Source of the DNA: Dirinaria sp. TL-2023a
Lineage: Eukaryota
Assembly (NCBI GenBank): GCA_051941275.1
Contig: JAVEBF010000056.1
Location: 1-38,098 of the forward strand
DNA: 38,098 bases
Reading direction: 5' to 3'
The position numbers and the translations under genes were made by a program. The notes below the pieces were generated by a model, which was not told the origin of the DNA, searched no databases, and saw nothing but the letters and a program-made list of their open reading frames with translations. Shown here in pieces: positions 35,664-38,098 of this stretch; position 1 is the stretch's first letter, and each line of letters begins with the position of its first letter.

Positions 35664-36215
35664 TGGGAAAACGTTTGAAGGGTCATGGGTGGCGTTTGTG
35701 GGAAAAATTGGAGTTCTAACGGTAGGCTCTCACGGCGAGTAGCCTGAGCTTGGATATCCTTGGTTGTGACTATTCTCTTCGATCTTTGGGGTCTATCCCT
35801 ATTTTTTGCCTTCGATCTTCAGCGTATTGAACGAGGAATATTTGTGCTATCGGCACATTTTTGGATAGAAACATTTCCGCAGCAGCGCTCATTGGGCAAT
35901 CCCTTTGGCTCCAAGCTGAACCACCGCGACGAGGTTGAGGATAGGGATTCGCAGTCAATTGATTCTGAAACGCTTTAGTAATGCTAGTGTGCTTGCCACG
36001 ACCGTCGTCAGCGTTGTTTGACCATGATCGAATATCCCGTCCTGACTGCTGATGCTGCTAGAACGAAGGTGGACTTGGGGCTTCCTATCACGTCTCGGGA
36101 TTAATTTCTCGTGAGGCTAGACACAAGGCGCGCGACTGAGGCTTCCTATCAGTATCATGTCTCGTGGTGATTCTATTGCTCCTGAGGCTGAGAGACGGGC
36201 TCGGCCTTTCCTGTC

Positions 36216-38098
36216 ATGCCCCGCCTACCCCTCTATAAAGTCTGTAGTTTTCGGCATCCCACACGCCTTGGGAGCAGAACATTTCGCGGTATTTGTCGAC
36301 CCTCATCACAGTCCCCTTCTCACAGTATCCAACCCAATTCACGTCACACACCTCTGGGGTTTGCATTCCAGATTCGTACCTTAGCAACAGCAGCAGCATC
36401 AGCAGCCACCAAGATGTCACCGCAGCTCGACAACTACTTCAAACAGTAGGCATCTACGTTCGCTACAGACTTGATACTAAAGATTGACAACGCTGCTCCT
36501 AGGGTCGACAACCTCTCCAATTCCTTTGTAGAACGCAAGTCCTTTCCCTTCATGTTTGCTCTTTGAACTCCGTCTGACCTTCCAACAAGGCCTCCGCTCT
36601 GCCGTCGCCATCCCCTCCGTCTCCGCAGACGAAGACCGCCGCCCAGATGTGGTCCGGATGTCAAAATTCCTGTTTGACGAACTCACTACCCTAGGCGCAC
36701 ATGTCGAGGCCCGCCCACTGGGCCCGCAACCGGGGAAACCACATCTCCAGCTTCCTCCAGTCATCGTCGCTCGCTACGGTTCCTCGGCTGACAAACGCAC
36801 CATCTTGGTCTACGGACACTACGACGTACAGCCTGCGTTGAAGGAGGATGGGTGGGCGACGGAACCATTCAGCCTCTCGGTCGATGAGAAAGGGAGGATG
36901 TACGGGCGCGGAAGCACAGATGACAAGGGACCCGTGCTAGGCTGGCTGAATGCGATCCAGGCGCATCAAGAAGCCCGGGTCGAGTTTCCCGTGAACTTAC
37001 TCATGTGTTTCGAAGGCATGGAGGAGTACGGGTCCGAAGGGCTAGACGAGTTCATCGAGAAAGAAGCCCGGCCAGGAGGGTTCTTCGCCGACGCCGACGC
37101 CGTCTGCATCAGCGACAACTATTGGCTGGGCACGGAGAAACCGTGCCTCACGTACGGCCTGCGCGGGTGCAACTACTACAGCCTGAGCATCAGCGGGCCC
37201 GGGCAGGACCTGCACAGCGGCGTATTCGGTGGGTCGACGCAGGAGCCGATGACGGATCTGGTGCGGGTGCTGGCCCGCCTGGTGGACACGGATGGCAAGA
37301 TCCTGATCCCCGGCGTCAACGAGATGGTCGCGCCCGTCTCGCACCACGAGAAATCGCTCTACGGAGACATCTCGTATACGATGGAGAACCTGTACGAATC
37401 GCTGGGGTCGCAGACCTCGATCCACGCCTCCAAGGAGCCCACGCTGATGGCGCGCTGGCGGTATCCATCCCTGAGCGTGCACGGCGTCGAGGGCGCCTTC
37501 TCGGCCCCCGGCGCGAAGACGGTCATCCCCGCCAAAGTCGTCGGCAAGTTCTCCATCCGGACCGTGCCGGACATGGAGAGCGAGAAAGTCGATCAGTGCG
37601 TGTTCAAGTACGTGCATGACGAGTTCAGGAAGCTGCGCAGCAAGAACAAATGCGAAGTGCAGCTGCTGCATTCTGGGAATTGGTGGGTCGCGAGCCCCCA
37701 ACACTGGAACTTCAGCGCGGCGGGGAAAGCGGTGGAGAGGGTGTTTGGGGTCAAGCCGGATCTGACGCGCGAAGGAGGAAGGTATATTTCTCTCCTCCCT
37801 CCCCCCTATCCTATCTCCTTTCCCCCCTATCCTACATTATCTATCATTTCCATGCAGCAAAGCTAGCTAGCTAGCTATCCAACCAACCGATCACTGACAC
37901 CGAAAAAAAACCATTATATAGTATCCCCGTAACTTTAACCTTCGAGAACGCCACGGGCAAAAACGTCCTCCTGCTCCCCATGGGCAGCTCGACGGACGCG
38001 GCGCACAGCATCAACGAGAAACTGGATCGGAGGAATTACATCGAGGGCACGAAACTGCTGGGCGCGTATCTGCATTATGTGGCGCAGCAGCCGATCCC
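36216..38098 (+). CDS. DUG1: Cys-Gly metallodipeptidase (M20, Dug1/CNDP2), truncated by the window end; exons 36216 (or 36414)-36445, 36503-36534, 36590-37781, 37922-end
   Basis: [43 protein letters not shown] formed across intron 3, and AHSINEK. Intron 2 has a GC donor. Confidence 0.95.

Noticed and set aside
37005..37704. 204-aa and 220-aa ORFs overlapping DUG1
   Set aside because: They are shadow ORFs caused by high GC3 in the real gene.

Overview
Gene-dense region from a filamentous ascomycete (about 50% GC, mostly 45-65 nt introns with CTRAY branch points). I reconstructed 11 protein-coding genes by hand, 9 of them spliced, and every complete model sums to a multiple of 3. Nine consecutive genes lie on the minus strand: gamma-tubulin complex GCP3/Spc98, a GT2 processive glycosyltransferase, a HeLo-like/NACHT/ankyrin NLR, a cytochrome P450, a C2H2 + chromo-like protein, an uncharacterised multipass membrane protein, a WKF-domain protein, UBC12 and a class III chitin synthase. 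Two plus-strand genes follow: OPY2 and DUG1, the latter cut off by the window end. The 10.9-23.3 kb block looks accessory. The main finding is the NLR, which has an acidic tract plus ZZ-type zinc finger inserted inside its NACHT module and a C-terminal tail anchor. Also notable are a chromo-like domain in an exon missed by the ORF track, an in-frame mitochondrial-type presequence on DUG1, two GC-AG introns and a compact RRPE/E-box/GCCCTAA promoter module. All domain calls come from motif recognition by eye; no database search was run.
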